64,000 nucleotides of DNA from an uncultured virus (IMG/VR IMGVR_UViG_3300042465_006264). Taxonomy: Duplodnaviria > Heunggongvirae > Uroviricota > Caudoviricetes. Under the pieces are notes generated by a model, which did no database searches, was not told the DNA's origin, and saw only the letters and a program-made list of their open reading frames with translations. The stretch lies in IMG/VR virus record IMGVR_UViG_3300042465_006264; one strand, written 5' to 3'. Shown one piece after another: positions 1 to 11,672 of the stretch. A program made the position numbers and the translations under genes. Each line of letters begins with the position of its first letter. The first letter of the stretch is position 1.

Positions 1-1
1 T

Positions 2-490
2 ACTTCAAAGGGAAGAAATTTTAATAGTTTTGCTCGTCTAGCACAATCTTTGAAGAAACTGCCACCAATGAATTTTTCTGGGGTAACTGGACCAAATATG
101 TCGGGAGGGTTTGACGTTACTTTTTCAGAATTTTTCTTTCGTTGTCGTCCATTCGTAGAAATGCCAGAATTTGATGTGAGTGGAGTAATACATGGTCCAA
201 CTTCTGGTGGTGTTGGTTCCACTGGTCCATTTATGAGATCCTTTTTCAACAATCAAGAACAAATTAAAATAATAGGTTTGAAAGGATTGAAACGAAGCAT
301 AGATTTGACAAGCATGACTTTATCACCAACAGAGTTAAACAGATTTTTTACCAATCTTGGTGGAGTAACCTTGTATGGTGGATCAACAATAACGATCACC
401 GGAGTGTGGGGAGCAACCACGGGTGCAGCATATGGTGTAACATGCAACAGAAGCATAGCAACAAGCAAGGGATGGACAATCATAGGATAA
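2..490 (+). CDS. BspA/DUF285-like leucine-rich-repeat virion-associated protein, 5' partial
   Basis: Frame is open from the window start; C-terminus (LSPTELNRFFTNLG...IATSKGWT) parallels the next gene. Confidence 0.6.
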   Translation, partial: TSKGRNFNSFARLAQSLKKLPPMNFSGVTGPNMSGGFDVTFSEFFFRCRPFVEMPEFDVSGVIHGPTSGGVGSTGPFMRSFFNNQEQIKIIGLKGLKRSIDLTSMTLSPTELNRFFTNLGGVTLYGGSTITITGVWGATTGAAYGVTCNRSIATSKGWTIIG

Positions 491-493
491 ACT

Positions 494-2176
494 ATGTTTA
501 GAAGAAGATACAAAAGAAATGGAGGTTACATAGGTGATTGGAGATTGCAAGACAACACCGGAATTGTTTCTCCATTACAAGATTATACTAGACATACAAG
601 AGTTCCTGATTGGTATAGACCTTCTGATTGGCTTCCGATGCCAGATATGCCCGTTGGTACACAAATGTTTGCTGGTCTTGCTGCAATATACAAAGGGGCT
701 AGCGGATTTACAGGAGCATCGGGAGATTCAAACTTTGTTGCATTGCTAGCCGTGGGAAATTACATTGTAGATTGGGGGAATGGTTTTACTAGTGCACATA
801 CAAGCAACACACAAGCAAATTATCAATACAATTTTGAAGATATACCAACATCAACTGAAACTAGAGATGGTTATAGACAAGTAATCATTAAAGTCACACC
901 TCAAGCAGGAGCAACATTAACACAAATAAATTTAAATCGTAGATATTCTGGTCCTCCAACTCAACCAATTGGATGGAATCCTTGGTTATCGATTCGCATA
1001 AGAGGAAGACAACTTACAACAATAGGAATAGGTTCTAGTTCTCCTACTGCAAGAAACGATTTACTTGAAGAAATTGAGATTTTGGGTGAAACTTCAATAT
1101 CCGGAATAGCAGATATTTTGCAAAATGTTACTGGAGTCGAATGTATTAAAGGTACTGAATGGACTTCTAGCTGCTCAAGTGCCAATTCTTGTTTTACTTC
1201 TTCTCTCTCTTTAAGAAAAATTCCTTTATTGGACACCAGAAGATTTAGTTCCAATACACATGCAATGTTTAGCAATTGCAACGCATTTGAATTGTGTCCA
1301 CCACTATACTTTGATGGTGTTAACGATTCTTCTGTAATAAATACTTCATCTTTGTTTAATAGTACTGGAATTATAATTGCCCCACACCTCTCTTTAAGGA
1401 GATTAAATCAAAGTTCTAGTACAACAAATGGTTCTTCTAGTATGTTCAGTGGTTGTTCTTTTTTGAAGAGAATACCAGAAACTTTGGATTTTACAAAGAA
1501 CAGATTCTTTAATTCTATGTTTGCAAGTTGTGTTGTGTTGAGTAAAATTCCAAACATCAATACAATAAATGGAACTAATTTTTCAGCCATGTTTGATTTT
1601 GCATGCTCACTCAATAGTGTTTCTGGTCTTTGTATGGGAAATGCACATGTAATAACTAATATGTTTGATGAAGCATATAGACTGAAATCAATTGATATCG
1701 GCACTATTGGATTTGGTCTTAAGGCTGCACAAATTTCTTCAGGGGGAGCAACACAAACAAATCCAAACATTGCAGCAAACGATGCTTTCTTTAGAGTGCC
1801 TGCTATAAAAGCACCAGAATTAAATTGGTCTAAGTTATCAACCGCACTTCGCACTTTCCGTGAATCACGCTTCTCTATTATACCCGGTGGTGGTATAACT
1901 TCAGGTATGTCTGGTGGGGCAACACTTGGTTGGTCAACGAATAGTTTCTTGTATCAAGCCTTGGCACTAAAATCTTTCCCAGTTTTGGATGGTCTGTTGC
2001 AGAACATAGATATTCGGGAATTGAATGCCTCACCAACAATGTTGAATCAAATATTTACAGGATTGGGAACTACTGGTGGTCGCATAAATGTAACAAGCAA
2101 CTGGGGAGCATGTGCTGCATATGGTTGCTGCTTCGGAATTGCGACATCGAAGGGATGGACATTCACAAATGTATGA
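494..2176 (+). CDS. BspA/DUF285-like LRR protein (putative fibre/adhesin)
   Basis: Repeated xMFxxCxxLxxIP units; C-terminal IATSKGWT cap shared with the upstream paralog. Confidence 0.65.
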   Translation: MFRRRYKRNGGYIGDWRLQDNTGIVSPLQDYTRHTRVPDWYRPSDWLPMPDMPVGTQMFAGLAAIYKGASGFTGASGDSNFVALLAVGNYIVDWGNGFTSAHTSNTQANYQYNFEDIPTSTETRDGYRQVIIKVTPQAGATLTQINLNRRYSGPPTQPIGWNPWLSIRIRGRQLTTIGIGSSSPTARNDLLEEIEILGETSISGIADILQNVTGVECIKGTEWTSSCSSANSCFTSSLSLRKIPLLDTRRFSSNTHAMFSNCNAFELCPPLYFDGVNDSSVINTSSLFNSTGIIIAPHLSLRRLNQSSSTTNGSSSMFSGCSFLKRIPETLDFTKNRFFNSMFASCVVLSKIPNINTINGTNFSAMFDFACSLNSVSGLCMGNAHVITNMFDEAYRLKSIDIGTIGFGLKAAQISSGGATQTNPNIAANDAFFRVPAIKAPELNWSKLSTALRTFRESRFSIIPGGGITSGMSGGATLGWSTNSFLYQALALKSFPVLDGLLQNIDIRELNASPTMLNQIFTGLGTTGGRINVTSNWGACAAYGCCFGIATSKGWTFTNV

Positions 2177-2396
2177 TCAAACAGATACTTCCGGATTTTA
2201 TAAAAATGATGGCAGTCTTTTACACGCACCTAATTTTGTTGACGCTCCAACATATCAACTAAATAGAGGAGAGAAAGACAATTATACCTATCCAATACAT
2301 GGTTGGTATTGGTTTGATAATATTGAAAGTGCAGCAAATTTTTTTGGAATACAATTACCAAACCAAGAAGAATCTTCAAACGAGTTTAATTTTTAA
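2169..2396 (+). CDS. Hypothetical protein (possible fibre-associated chaperone)
   Basis: ATG at 2169 overlaps the upstream stop region; GFYK..LLHAPNFV..YTYPIHGWYWFD. Confidence 0.6.
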   Translation: MYDQTDTSGFYKNDGSLLHAPNFVDAPTYQLNRGEKDNYTYPIHGWYWFDNIESAANFFGIQLPNQEESSNEFNF

Positions 2397-2407
2397 GGAA
2401 TTATATT

Positions 2408-2731
2408 ATGCCAGAGACATATAAAAGTTTTGGAACAATTTTAGGAACAACAGCCGCAACCACAATTTATGCAGGAATATCATCTGGAACTGCAATTGTA
2501 AATAGTGTCAATTTGAGTAATATTCAGGCTGGTGGTGGAGTTTTGGTTACCTTGGAGGCGGTAAAAGGATCTACAGCATATTCTTTGATTACAAATGCTT
2601 CTGTTCCAGTATCTACAACTTTACAAGCATTAGATGCACCTGTTGTTTTAGAAGCAAACAATACTCTTAGAGCCACTGCGGGATATACGGGATACATTCA
2701 CGCCTTTGTTTCCGTCTTAGAAATTACTTGA
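2408..2731 (+). CDS. Small beta-rich virion structural protein
   Basis: AAGGA upstream; ends VSVLEIT, a pattern typical of small tail-associated phage proteins. Confidence 0.55.
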   Translation: MPETYKSFGTILGTTAATTIYAGISSGTAIVNSVNLSNIQAGGGVLVTLEAVKGSTAYSLITNASVPVSTTLQALDAPVVLEANNTLRATAGYTGYIHAFVSVLEIT

Positions 2732-2755
2732 CACTAAAAATCCATAGGATATACT
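2728..2755 (+). promoter_or_regulatory. Sigma70-like promoter TTGACA-N16-TATACT, leaderless
   Basis: TTGACA 2728-2733, TATACT 2750-2755, ATG 7 nt later. Confidence 0.75.
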
Positions 2756-2762
2756 GATAGCC

Positions 2763-2918
2763 ATGAATGAAGACAGTTTTGAAAAATTTACCAATCGCCG
2801 TAAGAACAAAAAAACGGGTCTGAGCCGCAAACAAGAGAAGCGCAGCAAGCGTGGTAATCGCCACGAACAGAAGCAGCAACTAAATGACGCTATGTATCGT
2901 AAGTTTCAAGACGATTAA
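2763..2918 (+). CDS. Small basic protein (51 aa; not in ORF track)
   Basis: MNEDSFEKFTNRRKNKKTGLSRKQEKRSKRGNRHEQKQQLNDAMYRKFQDD directly after a promoter. Confidence 0.65.
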   Translation: MNEDSFEKFTNRRKNKKTGLSRKQEKRSKRGNRHEQKQQLNDAMYRKFQDD

Positions 2919-2935
2919 TTTATATAAGGATCTAT

Positions 2936-3607
2936 ATGACAACTGTGACAAAAATGCGTTTGAGCAAAGAAACATTTAACATTCTTAAAAACTTCTCAGC
3001 AATCAATTCTAATATTCTTATCAAGCCCGGGAACAGAATCAAGACTGTATCGGCAGGCAAGAATATCTTTGCTGAAGCAACCGTAACCGAAGACTTTCCA
3101 GTAGATGTTGCCATTTGGGATCTTAACAAGTTCCTTGGTGTTATTAGTATGTTTAATAATCCAGATCTTGAGTTCCATGACAACTATGTTGAGGTTTCCA
3201 ATGGAAACTCATCTATTCATTATTACTACTCTGAGGCAGCACTACTCACTGTGCCAACTAGAGATGTAAAGATGCCTAGTATTCTATTCTCTTTTGATCT
3301 TGAGGAAAAGGATCTAAATGAGATTCTAAAGGCATCTAGTATTCTTCAAGTCAGCGATCTAAACATCGTTGCTGGTGATGGTAAGATCAAAATTACCGTA
3401 GATGACGCAAAGAAGGGAACCATGAACAGCTTTGCAATCACTGTGGAGGAGAATTATAATGGGCCGGATTACATCGGGTCTCTTGATGTGTCTGACATTA
3501 AGTTCCTACCAGGTTCATACAAAGTCGAACTGACTACAAGTATCATTTCTAGATTTACACATACTTCTCAGGATCTTGCCTACTATATCGCAATCAAGCG
3601 AGGTTAA
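2936..3607 (+). CDS. gp45: DNA polymerase sliding clamp
   Basis: MRLSKETFNILKNFSAINSNI N-terminus, FLPGSYKV, YYIA C-terminus; synteny with gp44/gp62. Confidence 0.95.
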   Translation: MTTVTKMRLSKETFNILKNFSAINSNILIKPGNRIKTVSAGKNIFAEATVTEDFPVDVAIWDLNKFLGVISMFNNPDLEFHDNYVEVSNGNSSIHYYYSEAALLTVPTRDVKMPSILFSFDLEEKDLNEILKASSILQVSDLNIVAGDGKIKITVDDAKKGTMNSFAITVEENYNGPDYIGSLDVSDIKFLPGSYKVELTTSIISRFTHTSQDLAYYIAIKRG

Positions 3608-3609
3608 TT

Positions 3610-4554
3610 GTGACTGATGTAAACAGCATTCTTTGGGTCGAAAAGTATCGACCCAAGACACTATCCGATTGTATTCTTCCTATCGACACAAAGGCCATGT
3701 TTAATGGCATGTTGAAGCAGGGATCAATCCCAAACATGATGTTCTATGGCAAGGCAGGAACGGGCAAGACTACAGTTGCCCGTGCTCTTGCACATGATCT
3801 AGACTCAGAATACATTCTTATCAACTGCTCCGAAGAGAATGGTATTGATACTCTTCGAATCAAAATTAGAAACTATGCGTCTACGGTTTCGTTGAACGGT
3901 GGTCAAAAGATTGTTATTCTTGATGAGTTTGATTACGCAAATGCTCAGTCTATTCAGCCTGCTTTGCGTGGAGCAATTGAGGAGTTTCACAAGAATTGCC
4001 GGTTCATTATAACCTGCAACTACAAGAATCGTGTTATTGAGCCTCTTCATTCTCGCTGCACTGGAATTGATTTTACCATTCCTACAGCAGAGAAATCCCA
4101 AATGGCTGGGGCTATGCTCGCTAGGATTGAACAGATTCTGACCAATGAATCTGTAGCCTTTGACAAGGCTGTGGTTGCAAACCTTATCAAGAAACACTTT
4201 CCAGACCTTCGTAGAATCATCAATGAACTACAGAAATATTCTTCTGCTGGAAAGATTGATGTAGGTATTCTTGCACAAAACAGTAGCGAGTCTTTTAAAG
4301 AACTTCTTGGCTTTATGAAGAACAAAGACTTTGCTTCTTGTCGCAAGTGGGTTGTGCAAAATCTAGATCTCAATACCACAGAGTTCTTTAAGCGTCTGTA
4401 TACCGAACTATATACCGCTTTAAAGCAGAGTTCTATTCCACAAGCCATTCTTATCATTGCTGAATATCAATACAAGTCTGCGTTTGCAGCAGACCAAGAA
4501 ATCAATACCATGGCTATGTTGGTTCAAATTATGATGGACTGTGAGTTTAATTAA
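3610..4554 (+). CDS. gp44: Clamp loader large subunit (AAA+)
   Basis: WVEKYRP, Walker A GKAGTGKTT, Walker B ILDEFD, SRC motif. Confidence 0.96.
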   Translation: MTDVNSILWVEKYRPKTLSDCILPIDTKAMFNGMLKQGSIPNMMFYGKAGTGKTTVARALAHDLDSEYILINCSEENGIDTLRIKIRNYASTVSLNGGQKIVILDEFDYANAQSIQPALRGAIEEFHKNCRFIITCNYKNRVIEPLHSRCTGIDFTIPTAEKSQMAGAMLARIEQILTNESVAFDKAVVANLIKKHFPDLRRIINELQKYSSAGKIDVGILAQNSSESFKELLGFMKNKDFASCRKWVVQNLDLNTTEFFKRLYTELYTALKQSSIPQAILIIAEYQYKSAFAADQEINTMAMLVQIMMDCEFN

Positions 4555-4934
4555 TGGAACTTAAAGAATTTCTTAACAGCATAAATCACGACAAGAAACC
4601 TTTACTAGACGAAGAAACAGCAGTTCGTTATTATCCTCCATTTGTGGTTAATCGGTGTCTGTCTTATTTTCCAGACACCATTTTTCATTCCAATGAAATG
4701 AATTGCCATCCTTGGCTTGACCCCAAATCTCAGTTTGATTTTCATCGTTTATCTGTACGCAAAAAGAAGCGTTTCTCACCTTGGTTGCGAAAAGAAACCG
4801 AGGAAAATATAGCCTTAATTAAGGAAGTTTATGGGTATACAAATGAGAAGGCTAGAGAAGTGCTAAATATACTTAGTTCAAAAGACATAGCAAAATTAAA
4901 GCAGTCTTTATATAAAGGTGGAACTAAGAATTAG
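4554..4934 (+). CDS. gp62: Clamp loader small subunit
   Basis: YPPFVVNRCLS, RKKKRFSPW; follows gp44. Confidence 0.92.
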   Translation: MELKEFLNSINHDKKPLLDEETAVRYYPPFVVNRCLSYFPDTIFHSNEMNCHPWLDPKSQFDFHRLSVRKKKRFSPWLRKETEENIALIKEVYGYTNEKAREVLNILSSKDIAKLKQSLYKGGTKN

Positions 4935-4945
4935 CAGGTGTTGAT

Positions 4946-5371
4946 ATGTCAGAATTATCAGATAAAACATTTAATAACGTTGGTGTTCACGTCAAATTAT
5001 TTGATGATGAAGACTTTATGGTGGTCAGAGAAACCCTTTCAAGAATAGGTGTTTCTCCAAAAGGCAAAAAAGTTTTGTATCAATCTTGCCATTTGATTCA
5101 TAAAAACAACGTATATATTGTAGCGCACTTTAAAGAACTTTTTGCACTTGATGGATTGCCATCAAATGTTAGTGAAGAGGATATTAAAAGAAGAAATGCT
5201 ATTGTAAATCTTCTTGAAGAATGGGAACTAATAGAAGTAATTGACAAAGATAAAATAAAAGACAAAATGCCTATAAGTGGGCTAAAGATTATTCGTTACG
5301 GTGAGAAGGATGACTGGGAATTAATTCCAAAATTTAATCCCGGTTCATTACGTAGATTTTTTAATTCATAA
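4946..5371 (+). CDS. regA: Translational repressor RegA
   Basis: VRETLSRIGV, LYQSCHLIHK, HFKELFALDG, RRNAIVNLLEEW. Confidence 0.95.
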   Translation: MSELSDKTFNNVGVHVKLFDDEDFMVVRETLSRIGVSPKGKKVLYQSCHLIHKNNVYIVAHFKELFALDGLPSNVSEEDIKRRNAIVNLLEEWELIEVIDKDKIKDKMPISGLKIIRYGEKDDWELIPKFNPGSLRRFFNS

Positions 5372-5379
5372 GGATTATT

Positions 5380-6600
5380 ATGCACAATTTAACTTTAAGT
5401 ATGATCGTCAAAAACGAGGCACCAAATATTCAACGATGTTTGGAGTCTGTCGCACCATTTATTAATTACTATGTAATCTGTGATACTGGTTCTACAGATA
5501 ACACTAAGGAAATTATTAAAAAGTTTTTTGATGAAAAGGGAATCCCCGGTGAAATTCACGACCATGAATGGTCTGACTTTGGAATCAACCGATCAAAGGC
5601 TCTTGAACTTTGCATGGGCAAAACAAAATGGGCTCTGATGATCGATGCAGATGATTTTATTTCTGGAAAACTTCCAGTTGATAAATTTGATGAAAATTTA
5701 GATGGTTATGTTGTAAAGATCAAACGAGGACCATTTGAATGGTATCGTGCACAGATATTCCATCTAGCCAAAAAGAAATGGTGGTATGAAGAACCTCTAC
5801 ATGAATACTCTGTCTGTGAACAGCCAATGAATATTGGTAAACTTGAAGGAGATTATTGTTGGGAAGTTCGAACAGAGGGTTGTAGATTTAGAGAAACAAA
5901 TGGAGATGATAGAGAAAAATATAGAAGAGATTATTATATTCTAAAAAAATATATTGATGAAAATCCAAATCAACCAAGAAAACAATTTTATCTAGCCCAA
6001 TCCGCATTTGATGCTCACATGTTTGAGGTTGCAGAGGTTGAGTATGAAAAAAGAGCAAAAATGGGACAATGGATAGAAGAAGTTTTTTATTCTTGGATGC
6101 GCGTTGGAATGTGTCGGGAACTTTTAAATAAGCCATTAGAAAATGTAATCGATGCCTTTATGCAAGCGTTTGAGTGTCTTCCAAATAGAGTAGAACCCTT
6201 GTATCATATGTCTTGCATCTATAGAAAGCATAATAGACCAAGAAATGCTTTCATCATGTCATCACAAGGTTTGTCTTATGCTATCCCACAAGATCAAATT
6301 CTTTTCGTAGATACTGGAAATTATCTTTGGGGAATTCTAGATGAGGTTGCTACTACTGCAGCTCATGTAGGAAAGTTCCACATGGGATTGGCTGCTTGTG
6401 AAAAATTATTGGCAGAACCACATCTTCCAGAAGACCAAAGAGACCGAGTAAAACAAAATAGAGAACTTTATTTAAAAGCAGTTATGCAACATCAAAGCCA
6501 AATTGAAGAACAGCAGAAAAAACTTTTAGATGAAGTAAAGAAAAAAGCCAATAAAACTACTTTAAATGTAGACCCAAATAAAGTACCAGCCGTTCTTTAA
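5380..6600 (+). CDS. GT2 glycosyltransferase with C-terminal TPR region
   Basis: LSMIVKNEA, DTGSTDNT, DADD, LHEY, followed by TPR-like helices. Confidence 0.9.
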   Translation: MHNLTLSMIVKNEAPNIQRCLESVAPFINYYVICDTGSTDNTKEIIKKFFDEKGIPGEIHDHEWSDFGINRSKALELCMGKTKWALMIDADDFISGKLPVDKFDENLDGYVVKIKRGPFEWYRAQIFHLAKKKWWYEEPLHEYSVCEQPMNIGKLEGDYCWEVRTEGCRFRETNGDDREKYRRDYYILKKYIDENPNQPRKQFYLAQSAFDAHMFEVAEVEYEKRAKMGQWIEEVFYSWMRVGMCRELLNKPLENVIDAFMQAFECLPNRVEPLYHMSCIYRKHNRPRNAFIMSSQGLSYAIPQDQILFVDTGNYLWGILDEVATTAAHVGKFHMGLAACEKLLAEPHLPEDQRDRVKQNRELYLKAVMQHQSQIEEQQKKLLDEVKKKANKTTLNVDPNKVPAVL

Positions 6601-6622
6601 TTAAAATCTAAATATTTTTGTA

Positions 6623-7012
6623 ATGGAAAATATTTATGACCCAAATGTAGTATTAGGTGATACTTTACGTTGGTCTATGGCTATCAAAAATAGTGCTGGA
6701 TCCAGTTATGATCTAACTGGATCCACATTATCTATGCAAATTAGATCTGGATATTATCCTAGTTCCGTTTTAGTATCATACAGTACCGGAATAACAGCAG
6801 GGACTATAATTTCAATACCAGAAGGTTCTACTGGTGGTTTAGCTGCAGCCACAGGTGGTTCTGTAAATATCTGTGTTGGTTCTAATTATACTAAAAATTT
6901 TCCACCATATACTCAAATTTTTTATGATCTTCAACAGATATCATCTGGTGGAGATACCATAACTCTTTTAAGAGGAAAGATAAACACCATTTTAGATGTA
7001 ACAAGAACATAA
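6623..7012 (+). CDS. BppU-N-like virion/baseplate adaptor protein
   Basis: GDT..W..., YDLTG..LSMQIR, YDLQ...TLLRGKI pattern; late promoter CTAAATA upstream. Confidence 0.6.
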   Translation: MENIYDPNVVLGDTLRWSMAIKNSAGSSYDLTGSTLSMQIRSGYYPSSVLVSYSTGITAGTIISIPEGSTGGLAAATGGSVNICVGSNYTKNFPPYTQIFYDLQQISSGGDTITLLRGKINTILDVTRT

Positions 7013-7013
7013 A

Positions 7014-8759
<1,746 letters not shown>

Positions 8760-8762
8760 CCT

Positions 8763-11084
8763 ATGTTCTTTGGAAAGAACAAAACAACTTTAAAATTATC
8801 AAAGGCACACCCAGATCTGCCTTTAGGCTGTCAATATCATATAATTGAATCCGCGTTAAATCCAAAAAAAATAAAAGTTGGTTCTGGTATAACTCAATTA
8901 TTTTTAAGAAGTTCTGATGGTGAAGAATATTTAATTGAAGGAAATTTTACTAAAATAAAAGATCTTTTTATTCCTTTAAAAACTTATGAAGGAATGGAAG
9001 GTGAAATTTTTAAAGTAAAAAGATCTTTTGGTAATTTATTTGAGAATCAAGTTCTTAAAAAGATTGAACCATGCCAATATGATGAAAAATTTCAACTCGG
9101 GCATGGTGTCACAGAACTTTATTTTATTCAAAAAAATAATAATAAAGTAATTAAATTATATGGAAACTCAAATCAAATAAACAATTTGATTGAGGATATA
9201 ACTCCCCCACCACAACCTAAAATAATTTCTGAATCAAAAGTAATAAAACCCGAAGTTAAAATTATAGAAAAAACTATAATAAAAGAATCCATTCCAGCAA
9301 TCGGGGCTCAAGGACTGCGTGGAGAAAAAGGAGAAAAGGGAGAACAAGGAATTCCAGGTCCTAGAGGACCAATCGGACCAGAAGGACCTGTTGGACCAAA
9401 AGGAGATGTTGGAGAACAGGGGCCATCTGGACCAATAGGAGCAGAGGGAAAAGAAGGAAAAATTGGTCCTAGAGGACCAATGGGACCAAAAGGTGAAAAG
9501 GGTGATGTTGGAGAACGAGGTCCACAAGGAGAAATTGGACCACAAGGGGAAAGAGGTGAGCCGGGTATACAAGGATCGGTTGGACCAAAAGGCGAACAAG
9601 GGATACAAGGTGAACGAGGAGAACCCGGTCCACAAGGAGATATGGGACCAGAGGGTAGACAAGGTCCACAAGGAATCATGGGCTCACAAGGACCACAAGG
9701 ATCACAAGGACCACAAGGCATACCCGGTGAAAAAGGAGAAAAAGGAGAAAAAGGAGATAGCGGTATTATTTCTGTTTCAGAACCACTAACGCTAGAAAAT
9801 GGAATTCTTTCTTTCAAGACAGACAAATTCAATAAGTTAATAAAAACAACTGCAAGCAAAGACATACAAGAAGCAATAGCAAAATTGACTTCTTCCATCA
9901 TTCCAACAGGTGGTGGGGCTGTAGGAATCGTATTTGAAGGAAAAAGATTAATTCGTTCAGTTAACGATATTAAATTTGCTGGTGATGTAAATGTAACTAG
10001 AGAAGGAAAAGATGTTCGTGTTACCATTGCACCAAATACAGCAACAAGTGTATTTGCTGGTTCTGGAATCAGTATCACTGATGGAATAACTGCTGGAAGC
10101 AAAGTAATCAGCAATACTATTAGCGTAAAAAGTAGTAAACCCGGTGTTGTTCAATATTCTAACACAGACAACACAGATTTAGAAAGTAATAATGCATTTT
10201 TCTTAAATCAAGATAACAGTGAGTTAATTTTACCAAAAGGTGTTAGTCTTGGTGTAGATGGATTTATTACATTCCCGGATGGCACAACTCAAGGTTCTGC
10301 ATTTTCTGGGACAGAATCTACATGGACAAATCCAGATCCAGGTGCAGCAAATGGAATTGCTAGTGGAATAACTTTTGCATTAGGGTTAAATGCTATAGAA
10401 GTTTTAGAACAATTAATTTATCCTTATCAACCAGTATCGTTTACATCATTCTCAATAAATCTTGGAACATCTCCATTCGATCTTGGAAGAACTTTTGGTG
10501 CGGGTTCTTATACTGCTACTTGGGGCCCAACTGGCCCAGCAGCAAATTGGATTGCTGGATCTTTGGTGATAAGAGACAATACAAATTCTCTTGTAATTCA
10601 ATCTGGACTAAACTACAATAGTACACCGGCAACAATTAGTTTAAACCAATATGGTTATTCTACACCAACACAACTTGTATTTGGTTTAACAGGACAACAA
10701 CAATCTGGAGTTGTTGTTTCTCGCAATACATCTTTTGATTGGCGTCATAAAATTTATTGGGGCAAGAGTGCTTCGGCTTCACCGACATCACTTTCCGATT
10801 TAACTACAGGTTCTAGCAATAGATTTACTTCAAGCCTTACTGGACTTGGATCATATAAGTATACATTCATTGAATCCGGGAGCCCAGAATATTGTTATGT
10901 AATTCTTCCCACCTCTCCCGGATCTCCAGGAACATATACATCATGGAAAGATGCAAATAATCTTACAGTAACACCAGTTACAGGAACTTTTACACAAACA
11001 AACGCATATAATGTTTCTATTTCTTGGACTTGGTATCAAGTTAGTAATCCAACTACTGGAATTTATGAGATAACAGGTTCTTAA
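8763..11084 (+). CDS. Collagen triple-helix fibre protein
   Basis: About 150-residue uninterrupted Gly-X-Y (GPQ/GEK) tract; duplicated N-terminal module; beta-rich C-terminus. Confidence 0.85.
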   Translation: MFFGKNKTTLKLSKAHPDLPLGCQYHIIESALNPKKIKVGSGITQLFLRSSDGEEYLIEGNFTKIKDLFIPLKTYEGMEGEIFKVKRSFGNLFENQVLKKIEPCQYDEKFQLGHGVTELYFIQKNNNKVIKLYGNSNQINNLIEDITPPPQPKIISESKVIKPEVKIIEKTIIKESIPAIGAQGLRGEKGEKGEQGIPGPRGPIGPEGPVGPKGDVGEQGPSGPIGAEGKEGKIGPRGPMGPKGEKGDVGERGPQGEIGPQGERGEPGIQGSVGPKGEQGIQGERGEPGPQGDMGPEGRQGPQGIMGSQGPQGSQGPQGIPGEKGEKGEKGDSGIISVSEPLTLENGILSFKTDKFNKLIKTTASKDIQEAIAKLTSSIIPTGGGAVGIVFEGKRLIRSVNDIKFAGDVNVTREGKDVRVTIAPNTATSVFAGSGISITDGITAGSKVISNTISVKSSKPGVVQYSNTDNTDLESNNAFFLNQDNSELILPKGVSLGVDGFITFPDGTTQGSAFSGTESTWTNPDPGAANGIASGITFALGLNAIEVLEQLIYPYQPVSFTSFSINLGTSPFDLGRTFGAGSYTATWGPTGPAANWIAGSLVIRDNTNSLVIQSGLNYNSTPATISLNQYGYSTPTQLVFGLTGQQQSGVVVSRNTSFDWRHKIYWGKSASASPTSLSDLTTGSSNRFTSSLTGLGSYKYTFIESGSPEYCYVILPTSPGSPGTYTSWKDANNLTVTPVTGTFTQTNAYNVSISWTWYQVSNPTTGIYEITGS

Positions 11085-11085
11085 T

Positions 11086-11661
11086 ATGCCAATTACAGGA
11101 TACATCTCCGTTGGTCTACCTATCGGCCCAAATGTCGATAACGATCCTTATTTTGTAACAAACCCAAGATATGGTTTAGGTGGTCTAAGAACTGTTGCTG
11201 GTATCACTGCAAGAAATGAAATTATTTCTCAACGTCGTGAAGTTGGTATGATGACGTATGTTACTGAAGAGAATAAATTTTATTATCTTTCGGGTGGTAC
11301 TGGAAATTCTTATTGGATAGAATTTATTGGTGGTTCTGGTGGTGGAGGAACCGGAGCAGTTTCTTCTATAACAGGAACTCCAAATGAAATTGAAGTTTCA
11401 AGCCCAACAGGAAACGTGACTATTGGGCTACCGAATTCAGTAAATATTACAGATACTTTAAATATTGCTGGAATTACTATAGGAGTTAGTGGTGGAAATT
11501 TATATATTGCTGGTGGATTAGATATATTCGGAAATATAAATACTACAGGAACCTTAATTGTTGACGGTCTTATAATAACAAAAACAGGTTTCCAAGGGTA
11601 CACGGGTACAGCAGAATTAGAGCCTATCGAACACGTTACTCTTGATGGTGGAGAATATTGA
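11086..11661 (+). CDS. Tail fibre-associated protein
   Basis: GGLRTV...RREVGMMTYV motif; LDGGEY C-terminus. Confidence 0.65.
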   Translation: MPITGYISVGLPIGPNVDNDPYFVTNPRYGLGGLRTVAGITARNEIISQRREVGMMTYVTEENKFYYLSGGTGNSYWIEFIGGSGGGGTGAVSSITGTPNEIEVSSPTGNVTIGLPNSVNITDTLNIAGITIGVSGGNLYIAGGLDIFGNINTTGTLIVDGLIITKTGFQGYTGTAELEPIEHVTLDGGEY

Positions 11662-11672
11662 GGATTTAAACT

